From a virus, in IMG/VR virus record IMGVR_UViG_3300017957_000012, positions 1 through 64,000 of that record: DNA of 64,000 bases, one strand, 5' to 3'. The position numbers were made by a program, and so were the translations under genes. This document shows, one piece after another, positions 1 through 9,058 of this stretch. The notes under the pieces were generated by a model that did no database searches, was not told where the DNA came from, and saw only the letters and a program-made list of their open reading frames with translations. Numbering within the stretch: the stretch's first letter is position 1; every line of letters starts with the position of its first letter.

Positions 1-2363
1 ACATTATATTTAACATCAAGAGACGTAATATTACTTAAACCGGTGTAATCAACGTAATCAGTAATAATAATAGCCTGTGTTTGTGATCCACCTCTATGTG
101 ATTCAATTTTTATTCTGTTATTAGAAGGCTCATGATCAATTTCATATTTTATATAAGCTTCAACAAAACCGGCTTGTCCGGATTCGCTCTGAATGCCACC
201 AGTAATAGAAAAAGAAGAGTCCATGCTTGCAGCAGTCTTCGATGTATCGTTAATCGTGCAATTTCCAGAGGTTCCACTCACTGATGCATTGTTTGGACCA
301 GCAGTACCAGACACATACACTTTGAATTGTTCGGGTCCTTCAGTAAGATTGTCAGCGACTGGACCAATGGTAACTGTTCCCGTATTGCTGTTTATCGTAA
401 CAGTACCAGATATTGTTGAGCCAGAGAAATCATCAGCAGTTAAACCAGATCCACTAAGCGGAGGTGTAGTACCACTGGTGGTTTGGATCTCCCAAGCTAA
501 TTGAGTGCCATTGGGAACGTTAATTGTGGTAATATCAAAATCGCCAGTTGCTCCTTCGTCGATTGATGAAGGTCCAGAAACAGAGCTAATAGAAGGTGTT
601 TGAGACGTACTATATAGTGTAACAGTATGAGAAGTTTCACTAACAGATGTACCGCCCGCAGAAGTGCCAGAAACAGTGAAAGTAAATGTTTCTGCAGATT
701 CACTAACATAATCTTCAACAGCTGTGATTGAAATTGAAGCTGTGGATCCACTTAACGTCGTCGTACCTGACGTAGCAGTAAAGTCAGCAGCTGATGTTGA
801 ACCATGATTAACTGACCAATTCAACGTTGTACCACTATTAAATCCAACAGCAGTGATAGTCCAAGTCATCGTGGCGAAGTTTGTTTCGTTGCCCTGAACT
901 GGCGTACTAGAAATAGCTAAACTAGGTTCTGTAGAACTATCATCAATTGTAATTGTTCCCGACGTTATACTTACAGGAACAGATACTCCCGCGTCGTTTG
1001 GATGAGCTGCATTACCATCAACCGTGATAGTAAATGTTTCATCGCCTTCAGTCGTTTCATCTTCGTTTACCGCAAAGGTTATTGAAGCCGTATTATTATT
1101 TACAGTCGTAGTAATAGCGCCGGTTGTAGTTGTATCAAAATCGGCCGAGGTTACACCGGATCCATAGTTATATGTTACGTCTAAAACTGTACCGTTAGGA
1201 ACGTTAGCCGTCGTTAAAGTATATGTGTTAGTGCTTCCATCTTCGTATACTGTCGTTGGACCACTTAAACTAACCATTCTCGGTGTTTTATCGACGATAG
1301 TAACTAAAATAGTTTGTGCATTAATACTAGGAGTAGACGGATCTGTTACAGTTACTCTAAACGTTTCGCTACCTTCGCTTGCAACAGTATCTGCTTTAAT
1401 AGGAACATTAAAGTTTCCTGTCCCAGATCCGGAAGAAGTTGCAACTATGACAGTACCACTTGTACTATCAAAATCTTGCGCAATAGTGCTTACGTGTGAA
1501 ATGGCCCAGTTAAATACTTTGTTACCATTCGGATAATCAAGCGTATCTACGATAACATTAAGATTATTTCCTTCTTCTACTGAGCTTGACGAAACACTAA
1601 GAGAATCAATTCTCGGTGAAGCAGCATCAACGACATATTGCGATCCAGACGTTTTAGAAATAGACGTTGAACTAACTGTGCCCGAAACTGTAACTGTATA
1701 TTCTTCTGTTCCTTCGTTTGACGCGTCTGTTGCAGATTCAACAAAAAAGGAACCTGCGTTACTATTAATCGTAACTGTTCCAGACGCAGTCGTCCAATCA
1801 GCACTTGATGTAGTTACATTATTAACGGTCCAGTTAAGTGAAGTACCATTAGGAACATTAACCGTCACAACATCAAATCTTTGCGAAAGGCCTTCTACAT
1901 GAGATGTTGAACCGTCAGGTAATACACTAGTAATCGATGGTGTTGATGGCGGCGGAGGACTTTGCGACGTATCGACAACAGTAATTGTTCCAGTAGTACT
2001 CGACGAGCTCGTCGGAGTGTAAGTAACAGTAACTGTAAATGTTTCATTACCTTCAGTTGTCGAATCAGCTGTTGCGGTAATATTAAACGAAGCACTATTA
2101 TTATTGACTGTTGCTGTACCCGACGTAGCAGAAAAATCAGCAGCTGATGTTGTACCATGATTAATTGACCAACTAACTGATTCGCCATTTGCAATATTAG
2201 AAGTAGTTACGCTAAAGGTTTCCGTTGCGCCTTCATTAATTGTGTTATTAGAAGTAACACCTGAAACTGCACCTGACGCGGGCGGAGGAGGTGGACTGCT
2301 ACCGCCATCATAAGGATTAGTCCCAGAAAAAATACCGTGGCCAGCTGAATGTGGTAAAGTCAT
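1..2363 (-). CDS. Virion adhesin with about six Calx-beta/Ig-like repeats and a C-terminal domain shared with 5022..6152; 3' end runs off the window
   Basis: Not in the ORF track. My translation from ATG 2363 (SD AGGA) gives MTLPHSAGHGIFSG...NEGATETFSV...ADSTTEGNETFTVTV; repeats of about 110 aa with EG.E.F motifs; the same frame is open at position 3 (...DHEPSNNRIKIE...TSLDVKYN). Confidence 0.8.
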   Translation of the reverse strand, partial: MTLPHSAGHGIFSGTNPYDGGSSPPPPPASGAVSGVTSNNTINEGATETFSVTTSNIANGESVSWSINHGTTSAADFSATSGTATVNNNSASFNITATADSTTEGNETFTVTVTYTPTSSSSTTGTITVVDTSQSPPPPSTPSITSVLPDGSTSHVEGLSQRFDVVTVNVPNGTSLNWTVNNVTTSSADWTTASGTVTINSNAGSFFVESATDASNEGTEEYTVTVSGTVSSTSISKTSGSQYVVDAASPRIDSLSVSSSSVEEGNNLNVIVDTLDYPNGNKVFNWAISHVSTIAQDFDSTSGTVIVATSSGSGTGNFNVPIKADTVASEGSETFRVTVTDPSTPSINAQTILVTIVDKTPRMVSLSGPTTVYEDGSTNTYTLTTANVPNGTVLDVTYNYGSGVTSADFDTTTTGAITTTVNNNTASITFAVNEDETTEGDETFTITVDGNAAHPNDAGVSVPVSITSGTITIDDSSTEPSLAISSTPVQGNETNFATMTWTITAVGFNSGTTLNWSVNHGSTSAADFTATSGTTTLSGSTASISITAVEDYVSESAETFTFTVSGTSAGGTSVSETSHTVTLYSTSQTPSISSVSGPSSIDEGATGDFDITTINVPNGTQLAWEIQTTSGTTPPLSGSGLTADDFSGSTISGTVTINSNTGTVTIGPVADNLTEGPEQFKVYVSGTAGPNNASVSGTSGNCTINDTSKTAASMDSSFSITGGIQSESGQAGFVEAYIKYEIDHEPSNNRIKIESHRGGSQTQAIIITDYVDYTGLSNITSLDVKYN

Positions 2364-2372
2364 TTCTTTTTC

Positions 2373-3845
2373 CTACTTGTTATGCACGACAAATTGATCA
2401 ACAACATAAGTATCGTTACCCGTCGAGCCTGAATCTGGTCCACTTACATCAAGCGAATAAACAGATATTGCTTGATGATTTGATTCAATTGAAGTTAATT
2501 CTTCTTGGTAATATTGCTGAGTACTTGGATTAAACTTAACAAGAGTGTCACCAACTTCAAGTTGAGTAAGATTTAAATTTGGATTAATTGCTTGTCCTGC
2601 AGCAAGATGTACACACTTCCACCCATCTGTCGTCAAAAAAGGATGACCACCTGTTACAAAAAAATCAGATCCATTGAATGAAATGAGCGTCGTAAATCCA
2701 TCTGTTTTTCTAAATTCTATAATTTGGTTGACTACGTTGTCATTGCCTTGCACATATCTTGCAATTGAAGTGTCGGCTTGATATGTATTGTATGCTTGTT
2801 CCATAGAAACGTTTTGCATATTGCTGCCATCTGAATCAACCATAGTAAGTAGTGAATCACCTATAAAACATTCTGATACTGCTGAAGCAATCGCGGTACC
2901 AGAAAATTCTGCTACTTTAGTGTCTGCATATCCAGAGGCTCTTACCCAAAAATCAAAATACCTATTATCTGTTTGATTGTCGGTTCCGACCCCTCCAACA
3001 CTTGCACTAGCATCAAATGATTGGTTGACTCCTACGCCAGAAGATCCAGTTGTAATCCATCCACTATCTAATGATCCCAAGCTAGATGTTGACGTAATTT
3101 TAACAGCTGTCGGTGTAGTCGTACTCGTGTAAATTGTTGACCAGCTGCTAGTAAGACTTTGAGACTGTCCTGCACTATTATACCAGTTTGCGATATCGCC
3201 AAGATCATACCTTACTTGGATTCTATGACCGGTGGCGGTTCTTTCAATTCTAAATGTTCCTTTAGATTGATCTGAAGCTAGACCACCTTGAGTATTTTCA
3301 TCGAATGCAGAAATGTAAGCTAATACACCGCTCGCTTCCTCGCGACCCGTAAAACTTCCGGGCGGGACGGCAGTTGATGTTTGATTCCAAGGAATAGCCG
3401 ATACTCTAATATTTGAAGAGTCTAAACAAATACCAAAAACGTGCCAATATTGCCAATCGTTCCAAGATGGTTCAGTATCATCTTCCCAACGAATGTTCAT
3501 TGCACCTGGCTCTGAAGAAGAAAAATCTAATGTGTGTGCGGTACCCGATGGATTACGATCAATAAGCAAATTAGATACAAATCCTGCAGACGCACTCGAA
3601 GCTTCGTAATAAAGTGTCATATTATTGCTCATGTCTATACGTTGACCATTTCTATTCGATTCGCCCATTGAATGATCAAAAGCAACAAATGACGTGCCAC
3701 TAATTGTGTTGGTGGCAAATATTCCCTGAAAAGGATCATTAGTTGACACACCATATACGCTTGCTGTCGTATCTGTAATATTATCTAAATATGGTGTTGA
3801 AAAATAATTTCCAACTACTGTTGATGAACCTACCTTTATAACCAT
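2373..3845 (-). CDS. Adhesin/tail-associated protein with the shared N-terminal adapter domain and a C-terminal Hint (intein-like) domain
   Basis: N-terminal part paralogous to 3855, 5022 and 6162 (W.DDT.P.W..W.YW); Hint block A CF at 2870, block B VTGGHPF, block F VYSLDV, block G VVHN-K-stop. Confidence 0.8.
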   Translation of the reverse strand: MVIKVGSSTVVGNYFSTPYLDNITDTTASVYGVSTNDPFQGIFATNTISGTSFVAFDHSMGESNRNGQRIDMSNNMTLYYEASSASAGFVSNLLIDRNPSGTAHTLDFSSSEPGAMNIRWEDDTEPSWNDWQYWHVFGICLDSSNIRVSAIPWNQTSTAVPPGSFTGREEASGVLAYISAFDENTQGGLASDQSKGTFRIERTATGHRIQVRYDLGDIANWYNSAGQSQSLTSSWSTIYTSTTTPTAVKITSTSSLGSLDSGWITTGSSGVGVNQSFDASASVGGVGTDNQTDNRYFDFWVRASGYADTKVAEFSGTAIASAVSECFIGDSLLTMVDSDGSNMQNVSMEQAYNTYQADTSIARYVQGNDNVVNQIIEFRKTDGFTTLISFNGSDFFVTGGHPFLTTDGWKCVHLAAGQAINPNLNLTQLEVGDTLVKFNPSTQQYYQEELTSIESNHQAISVYSLDVSGPDSGSTGNDTYVVDQFVVHNK

Positions 3846-3854
3846 TACATTATC

Positions 3855-4232
3855 TCACGTATTATAGCCGGCTGCCACTGCTCTCACATAAGTAGCGTCC
3901 CAACACCACATTGAAATATGCCAATATCTGTGATCTGACCAAGTCGGCGTCGTGTCATTTGCCCACTCTACGTTACCCGAAAAAGTAGGTGTATATCCAG
4001 CAGTATTTGTATCGAGTAAAAGAACACTGTTTCGACCAACCCCCTTGTTAGATTCTGAAAACGTAACGTTAGATGACATTGTACAAGTCATAACCGGCTT
4101 AGCAAAATTAATCGCTGTACTAATTGAAGTTACTGTTGGGTGGAAGTCTGTGTATTTGCCAGACGCGCCTGCGAGATTTTGAAGAACTCGCGAGTCATTG
4201 ATTACTGTAGTCGATGCTACCTTAATTGCCAT
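3855..4232 (-). CDS. Stand-alone adapter domain protein, paralogue of the 6162, 5022 and 2373 N-termini
   Basis: MAIKVAST...LLLDTNTAGYTPTFSGNVEWANDTTPTWSDHRYW; SD AAGGAG. Confidence 0.75.
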   Translation of the reverse strand: MAIKVASTTVINDSRVLQNLAGASGKYTDFHPTVTSISTAINFAKPVMTCTMSSNVTFSESNKGVGRNSVLLLDTNTAGYTPTFSGNVEWANDTTPTWSDHRYWHISMWCWDATYVRAVAAGYNT

Positions 4233-4255
4233 CTTCGTCTCCTTGGACTATTAGC
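4224..4255 (-). repeat. 32-bp direct repeat, copy 2 (leader, SD and first codons): GCTAATAGTCCAAGGAGACGAAGATGGCAATT
   Basis: Identical to 6984..7015. Confidence 0.95.
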
Positions 4256-4276
4256 ATTTATTTTATTTATTTCGGG

Positions 4277-5008
4277 TTATACTGAACCTATTCTTGCTTC
4301 TGCATATGCTTGAACAGTATAAGTTACTAATAACGTATCTGCATATCCTTGTGCTCTACCCCAACACTCTACAATTCTATTAGCGCCATTTTGTGTTGAA
4401 CCATTACCCTGTGATTCGTATTCTCTAGCAGAAAGACAAAGCAATTCATAAGCTGCTTTGTCTCCAGTATTAGTTACAGAAAACCACGGAATGTTTTGAT
4501 CATCATAAGGTGTCGTCTGCGTCGCGCCTGGCGCTCGCAATCTATCTTGTGGGATCGCCGAAAATCCATCACCATTATGATCTACTTCACGAGTAGTTAA
4601 AACAAATTTAAATGCATCAAAGCTTACACTATTATTTTCATATAGTGTATATTCTGTTTGTGGCGTCGCTTCCTGAAATTGATTAGATGTATTAATCCAA
4701 TAATCTTCATCCGCAGCAACACCAAATTCGTTAGTATCCGGCGTTAAAAAATTAATTTCCATTCCGTTTGCGGTTTTTTCCATTCTAAGATATAATTGGC
4801 TTGTTGAATTAAGAAAAAGCGTGGTGCTTGCGGGCTCGACCTCAAAATCAGATGTTAACACCGCAGCATTATTTGAATCCCACGTCGTTTCACCGCTCGG
4901 AGTTGTCCTTGCAAAATTTGTACCAGCTGGAATATTATTACCACTACCAGGATCAAAGCTGGGTTTCATCATTGAGCCAATAAGATTAAAGGTGTGTGTT
5001 AAACTCAA
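4277..5008 (-). CDS. Putative adhesin/virion protein (TTG start)
   Basis: SD AAGGAG upstream; N-terminus MSLTH resembles MTLPH of 1..2363; C-terminal W.RA.GYADT motif shared with 2373..3845. Confidence 0.65.
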   Translation of the reverse strand: MSLTHTFNLIGSMMKPSFDPGSGNNIPAGTNFARTTPSGETTWDSNNAAVLTSDFEVEPASTTLFLNSTSQLYLRMEKTANGMEINFLTPDTNEFGVAADEDYWINTSNQFQEATPQTEYTLYENNSVSFDAFKFVLTTREVDHNGDGFSAIPQDRLRAPGATQTTPYDDQNIPWFSVTNTGDKAAYELLCLSAREYESQGNGSTQNGANRIVECWGRAQGYADTLLVTYTVQAYAEARIGSV

Positions 5009-5021
5009 TCTATTATCTCCT

Positions 5022-6152
5022 TTAGTTAGGCCGGCGAATAGCTAATAATTGAATGTCAGCAATGACTGGATCAGTGGTTGGTGCGCCTGTAGTATTACCG
5101 ACAGTTTCATAGCTACCTAAATTACAAGTAGAAATAAATTGACCTTCATCACACGTAATTCTTATTGACAAATTGTCGTCAATTGATGCTCCCCAAGCAA
5201 CTCCAACGCGGCTTTGCCATGGACCACCACCATACGGGTTCGAATGCATTGCTCCAGCTTTCCAAACGAGTCTTTTGAAACTGCCGCCAAGACTAGATCC
5301 ATCCCACGAGCTTGGAAAAAATGAATACCACTGATCTGGTAAGTATTGCCGACCACCTGATGCTGTTTGATCGTCTAATTCGGGAATAGGCCCTGGACCG
5401 TGACGTTTAACGAATTCCTCTGGCGATTTTTTTGTGTCTCCAGGCGACCATCCGGTTTCAGCCGTGGGTGTGTGATCCCATTCTGCATAAGCATCGGCAT
5501 ACTTATATTTAAACTCTATGTCTGATATATTTGTTAAATTTGTATAACCTACATAAACATCGTTTGCTATTTGCGGAGTTTGATCGTCAGAGTGCGCGAA
5601 TCTGACATAAATTCTATTATTTGACGTGTCATGCGCAAAGTAAATTGATACTGCTGTGAATACTGTCTGTCCCACACCTGCTTCAACTTGTTTATTAGAA
5701 TATCGCCAACCGGAAGGTTTAGAAAAAGTCGGCTCAAACGCCGCTCCGCCTGGTGCTTCACCATTAACACCACTCCAAACAAAACCAATTGCGTTACCAG
5801 TAACTTGAGAACCGCGAGGGCAAGTTAAAACAATTTGCCAATATCTCCAATTTGTCCACGTAGGTTCAGTAGGCCACTCAATTCCTGCAGGAAATGTTGG
5901 TTCGTGCAAATCTGCACCACGATCAAGAAGAAGCATACAAGTTGTGCCTGCCGAAATTCCAGTAAGACCAAACGTAGTAGGCGCAGTCATAGTATGTCTT
6001 GTCATAGGAACAGACATATTGATTACGGTTCCGCTTAAACCACCTACAAGTCGGGCGTGCAGCCCATCGTAGTTACCGTCAGCGCCGGTTATATTATCGA
6101 ATTCGCGGCTGCTATTGAGTACGTCGCTTGTACCTATTTGAATTCCGGCCAT
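5022..6152 (-). CDS. Adhesin: adapter domain plus variable C-terminal domain
   Basis: LLLDRGADLHEPTFPAGIEWPTEPTWTNWRYW adapter; HDTSNNRI domain shared with 1..2363. Confidence 0.7.
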   Translation of the reverse strand: MAGIQIGTSDVLNSSREFDNITGADGNYDGLHARLVGGLSGTVINMSVPMTRHTMTAPTTFGLTGISAGTTCMLLLDRGADLHEPTFPAGIEWPTEPTWTNWRYWQIVLTCPRGSQVTGNAIGFVWSGVNGEAPGGAAFEPTFSKPSGWRYSNKQVEAGVGQTVFTAVSIYFAHDTSNNRIYVRFAHSDDQTPQIANDVYVGYTNLTNISDIEFKYKYADAYAEWDHTPTAETGWSPGDTKKSPEEFVKRHGPGPIPELDDQTASGGRQYLPDQWYSFFPSSWDGSSLGGSFKRLVWKAGAMHSNPYGGGPWQSRVGVAWGASIDDNLSIRITCDEGQFISTCNLGSYETVGNTTGAPTTDPVIADIQLLAIRRPN

Positions 6153-6161
6153 GGTTTTACC

Positions 6162-6992
6162 TTAAGGAGAGTAGTTTACTATTATACGTACAAAAACAGA
6201 TGCTAATTGTTGTTGATTAGACGCTCTTCTAATATAAAGTGTTCCGGAAACCGAGTTATTCTCACCACCTTGGCTACTATCTTCGATTCCCCATTGACGA
6301 GTTGTTCCAAGATTAAGCCAGCCATTACCTGGCTCTTGGCCTTGTATCCAATCTGCCTCGGGCAGGGATGCAGTGTAATCCCATTTTACGTCATAATCGG
6401 AAGCGCTCCCCGAATATAACCACGTAGCAGGACTCGATAAGTTACCAAAAGTTGCTGCACCTCCAGTACCAGAAGCAGTAAAGGAAGCTTGTCCATTGCT
6501 ACCCATTACAAATGAACCGCGTGCGTAACCTCCAAGATTACCTCCGCTTGAATACAATTCCCAAGGACCATTAGGTAAATCTACGTCTGGGGCGGGAGGA
6601 GATGTTCCTCCAGTCGAATTAAACCCACTGGCAATTCCTCTTACAACACTCCCAGACCATGCAACAAGAGCTACTGTCCAATAACGATAAGTGCTCCAAG
6701 CAGGAGTCGTGTCTTCTGCCCAGGCTATGCTGTTAAAGGTAGGTGTGTGACCATCTAAGTCCATTGTAATAATGGCAGTTTTGCCTTCGGTTATATCAGA
6801 CAAAGAAAACGTCGTGTTTCTATCAAGCCCAATGCTCGAATATGCGTTAGACATACTCAAAGTTACTGAGCTTGCTGGTGTAAGATTAACTACGTTTGGT
6901 TGGAAGTTGTCGTAAAAGCCTGTGCCACCGGCAATAGACTGAAGCTTAAAATCATTAGTGATAACGGCAGTGGTGCCGATTTCAATTGCCAT
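6162..6992 (-). CDS. Adhesin: adapter domain, Pro linker and C-terminal beta domain
   Basis: HTPTFNSIAWAEDTTPAWSTYRYW adapter; SPPAP linker; SD AAGGAG. Confidence 0.7.
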   Translation of the reverse strand: MAIEIGTTAVITNDFKLQSIAGGTGFYDNFQPNVVNLTPASSVTLSMSNAYSSIGLDRNTTFSLSDITEGKTAIITMDLDGHTPTFNSIAWAEDTTPAWSTYRYWTVALVAWSGSVVRGIASGFNSTGGTSPPAPDVDLPNGPWELYSSGGNLGGYARGSFVMGSNGQASFTASGTGGAATFGNLSSPATWLYSGSASDYDVKWDYTASLPEADWIQGQEPGNGWLNLGTTRQWGIEDSSQGGENNSVSGTLYIRRASNQQQLASVFVRIIVNYSP

Positions 6993-7015
6993 CTTCGTCT
7001 CCTTGGACTATTAGC
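6984..7015 (-). repeat. 32-bp direct repeat, copy 1
   Basis: Identical to 4224..4255. Confidence 0.95.
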
Positions 7016-7023
7016 GTTTTTTC

Positions 7024-7042
7024 TATTTATAAGTTATTTATA
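7024..7042 (-). promoter_or_regulatory. Tandem T4-type late promoters TATAAATA (7024-7031 and 7035-7042)
   Basis: Two exact TATAAATA matches on the minus strand just upstream of the cassette. Confidence 0.75.
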
Positions 7043-7801
7043 TCAATCTCGTCGTTCAATATCTTCTTCTTTGAGCTCTTCGCCCATCCAAACTTCTACG
7101 ACTTTGGCATCTACATCTCCAATATTAATGGCTTTATGCCACGTCCACATAGGGATGTCTATACTATCGCCTTCGTTATAGATCTTAGAGATCTTATCTC
7201 CGTTAGGAAATTCTAAATTCATGCGAATAGTTCCATCGACGACATGCCAATGCTCTGATCTCTGGAAGTGGCGTTGATCGCTGAGGGCTTTGCCGACTTT
7301 AAAAGAAAGCTCTTTAACCGCCCATTTTCCATTTTGATTGAGAACTGTATATGTTCCCCAGTCACGTTTAACTGTAGGTTGTGACCATTCTTTTAATATC
7401 CAGCTCGATGAGTTTTTCTTATCGTCTCCACCAATACCAAAGACAAATTCAACATCGTCGTAAACCATTTCTGGGATATTATCTTTCGTGCGGTCACCGC
7501 CATTTGCAAAAATGATTTGCGGACTTGGTACTTTAAAGTAATCTTTTACGTGTTGGATTGCATCGATTGCCGTATCATCGCTATCATCAAAGCCAAAAGT
7601 ATATGCTATACCTTTAAGACTTTTTACAATTTCTCTGCGCTCATTGAACGGCATGAAATAGCGACCCTTTTTTCGCTTGAGCCATTCATCACTATTCAAA
7701 CCGACACAAAGAATATCACCTAATTGTTGTGCTTCTTTAAAGTAAGCTATGTGACCGGAATGCAATGGATCGAATCCTCCGGTCACAATTACTATTTTCA
7801 T
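7043..7801 (-). CDS. Cytidylyltransferase-like (HxGH) domain fused to a mannose-6-phosphate-isomerase-type cupin
   Basis: MKIVIVTGGFDPLHSGH, GLNSDEWL.RKKG and ANGGDR; then R.WG.Y...LS.QRH.QRSEHW.VV.G...WH. True start is probably 7801 (ATGA overlap), not 7882. Confidence 0.85.
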   Translation of the reverse strand: MKIVIVTGGFDPLHSGHIAYFKEAQQLGDILCVGLNSDEWLKRKKGRYFMPFNERREIVKSLKGIAYTFGFDDSDDTAIDAIQHVKDYFKVPSPQIIFANGGDRTKDNIPEMVYDDVEFVFGIGGDDKKNSSSWILKEWSQPTVKRDWGTYTVLNQNGKWAVKELSFKVGKALSDQRHFQRSEHWHVVDGTIRMNLEFPNGDKISKIYNEGDSIDIPMWTWHKAINIGDVDAKVVEVWMGEELKEEDIERRD

Positions 7802-9057
7802 TCGACAAACTCCGATGCATTTTGCAAATAATTCGTGTCCATCATATAATCCCATACGAAATTGATTTCTTTTTGAGACCACATATGTTCGGGGACGCGG
7901 TTAACAAAAGAAGAGTGAACCCACCAATCTTCAAATGAAGTAGTAGGTGAAGAAGCAACATCATTAACTACGAGTTTATATCCCTTTTCAATCATAAACT
8001 CGCGCTGCTCGTCTCTTGCACTCGATTGACCCGATTCAGTATGATTATGCGCAAACTGAACGATATTGAATTTATAATGATCGAATGGAATATTCTTAAG
8101 AACACCGATTGAGAATCGACCACAGTCAATTTGCAAAAGATCAACTTCATGATCCATACACAATTGGTGGAAAAGATCTTCGTAGTTTACATGCATAGCG
8201 TCTGCGCAAATCACAGTATTGCTTCTCTTAGATGAGAAATCATACGCAAACTTTTCTTCTTTGTCGATTGATACGCCTTTCCAATCAAACTTTGTTTCGA
8301 GCAATGCCGTGTTATTATTAACGAAGGGATCGCAACTACCAAGCTCTACGTAAGTACCGCCGCGCTTTCCATTTAATAATGACAGCACAAACATATCTTG
8401 GAAATGAGCCGAATAGTTTTTATCGATCGTAGATAATCCATCGAACGTAAATTTGTATCGCTCAAAATCCGGACATTGATTGTAAGTAATTGAGTGTGGA
8501 TAACCCACTTCTTGTACGAGCTGATCAGAAAGTCGCCTATAGTGTGGTCCTTTCTTCATTCTATATCTAAAGTTGAATAGCGCGTCTCGAGATGATTTTG
8601 AACCAAGCCATTTCCAATCTGATAATGCCTTTCCGTAATAAAATGCAAACTTGCCAGGATAGCCCACGTCTTTAATAGGATCTTCTAGATCATCGAGTTC
8701 AAGAGCTCTTAAACCATATTCAGCGTAAAGAAAATGATTCCTCCAGTCTCCCCATGATTCGTAGTGCTTCATCATGAGGTAAAGTGCTTCCGGTCGATTA
8801 GGTCTCAGGCGCAAAGCGTGTTGCAATGACATGAGTACACTGTGCTTACGATCTCTTTGTCGACGGTAAGCTTCGGCCATATACACCATACACTTATATT
8901 GAAAATCTACGTCTTCTTCTTCGATATCTGCTGCTCTCAAATAAAGACCAATCGCCATTGCGCCTTGCTCAAGCCTATCATATTCTCTAGCCATATCGAA
9001 TATTTTTTGAGGATTCTTTGAATCAAGTGCAAACTCAGTAACTAACTCATTTAACAT
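7798..9057 (-). CDS. TPR-repeat protein fused to an FkbM-like SAM methyltransferase
   Basis: Helical TPR-like N-terminus (LRPNRPEALY); YSAHFQDMFV...GTYVELGS.DP..NNNT.LLE..FDWKG.SID...D.LQID...FEDWWV. Confidence 0.75.
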   Translation of the reverse strand: MLNELVTEFALDSKNPQKIFDMAREYDRLEQGAMAIGLYLRAADIEEEDVDFQYKCMVYMAEAYRRQRDRKHSVLMSLQHALRLRPNRPEALYLMMKHYESWGDWRNHFLYAEYGLRALELDDLEDPIKDVGYPGKFAFYYGKALSDWKWLGSKSSRDALFNFRYRMKKGPHYRRLSDQLVQEVGYPHSITYNQCPDFERYKFTFDGLSTIDKNYSAHFQDMFVLSLLNGKRGGTYVELGSCDPFVNNNTALLETKFDWKGVSIDKEEKFAYDFSSKRSNTVICADAMHVNYEDLFHQLCMDHEVDLLQIDCGRFSIGVLKNIPFDHYKFNIVQFAHNHTESGQSSARDEQREFMIEKGYKLVVNDVASSPTTSFEDWWVHSSFVNRVPEHMWSQKEINFVWDYMMDTNYLQNASEFVE

Positions 9058-9058
9058 A

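Noticed and set aside
193-2533. Small ORFs listed in the track at the left end
   Set aside because: They overlap the real minus-strand Calx-beta gene 1..2363 (antisense or off-frame)
2373-2870. Canonical mobile intein
   Set aside because: No homing endonuclease, and Asn is followed by Lys-stop rather than a Cys/Ser/Thr extein
4224-7015. Invertible shufflon or prophage att sites at the 32-bp repeat
   Set aside because: The repeats are direct, all genes are co-oriented, and no recombinase or integrase is in the window
7802-7882. Track's extended starts for 7043..7882, 29006..29467, 29958..30512 and 11379..21134
   Set aside because: Downstream ATGs (7801, 29419, 30470, 21125) fit SD or stop-start overlaps and the domain boundaries better
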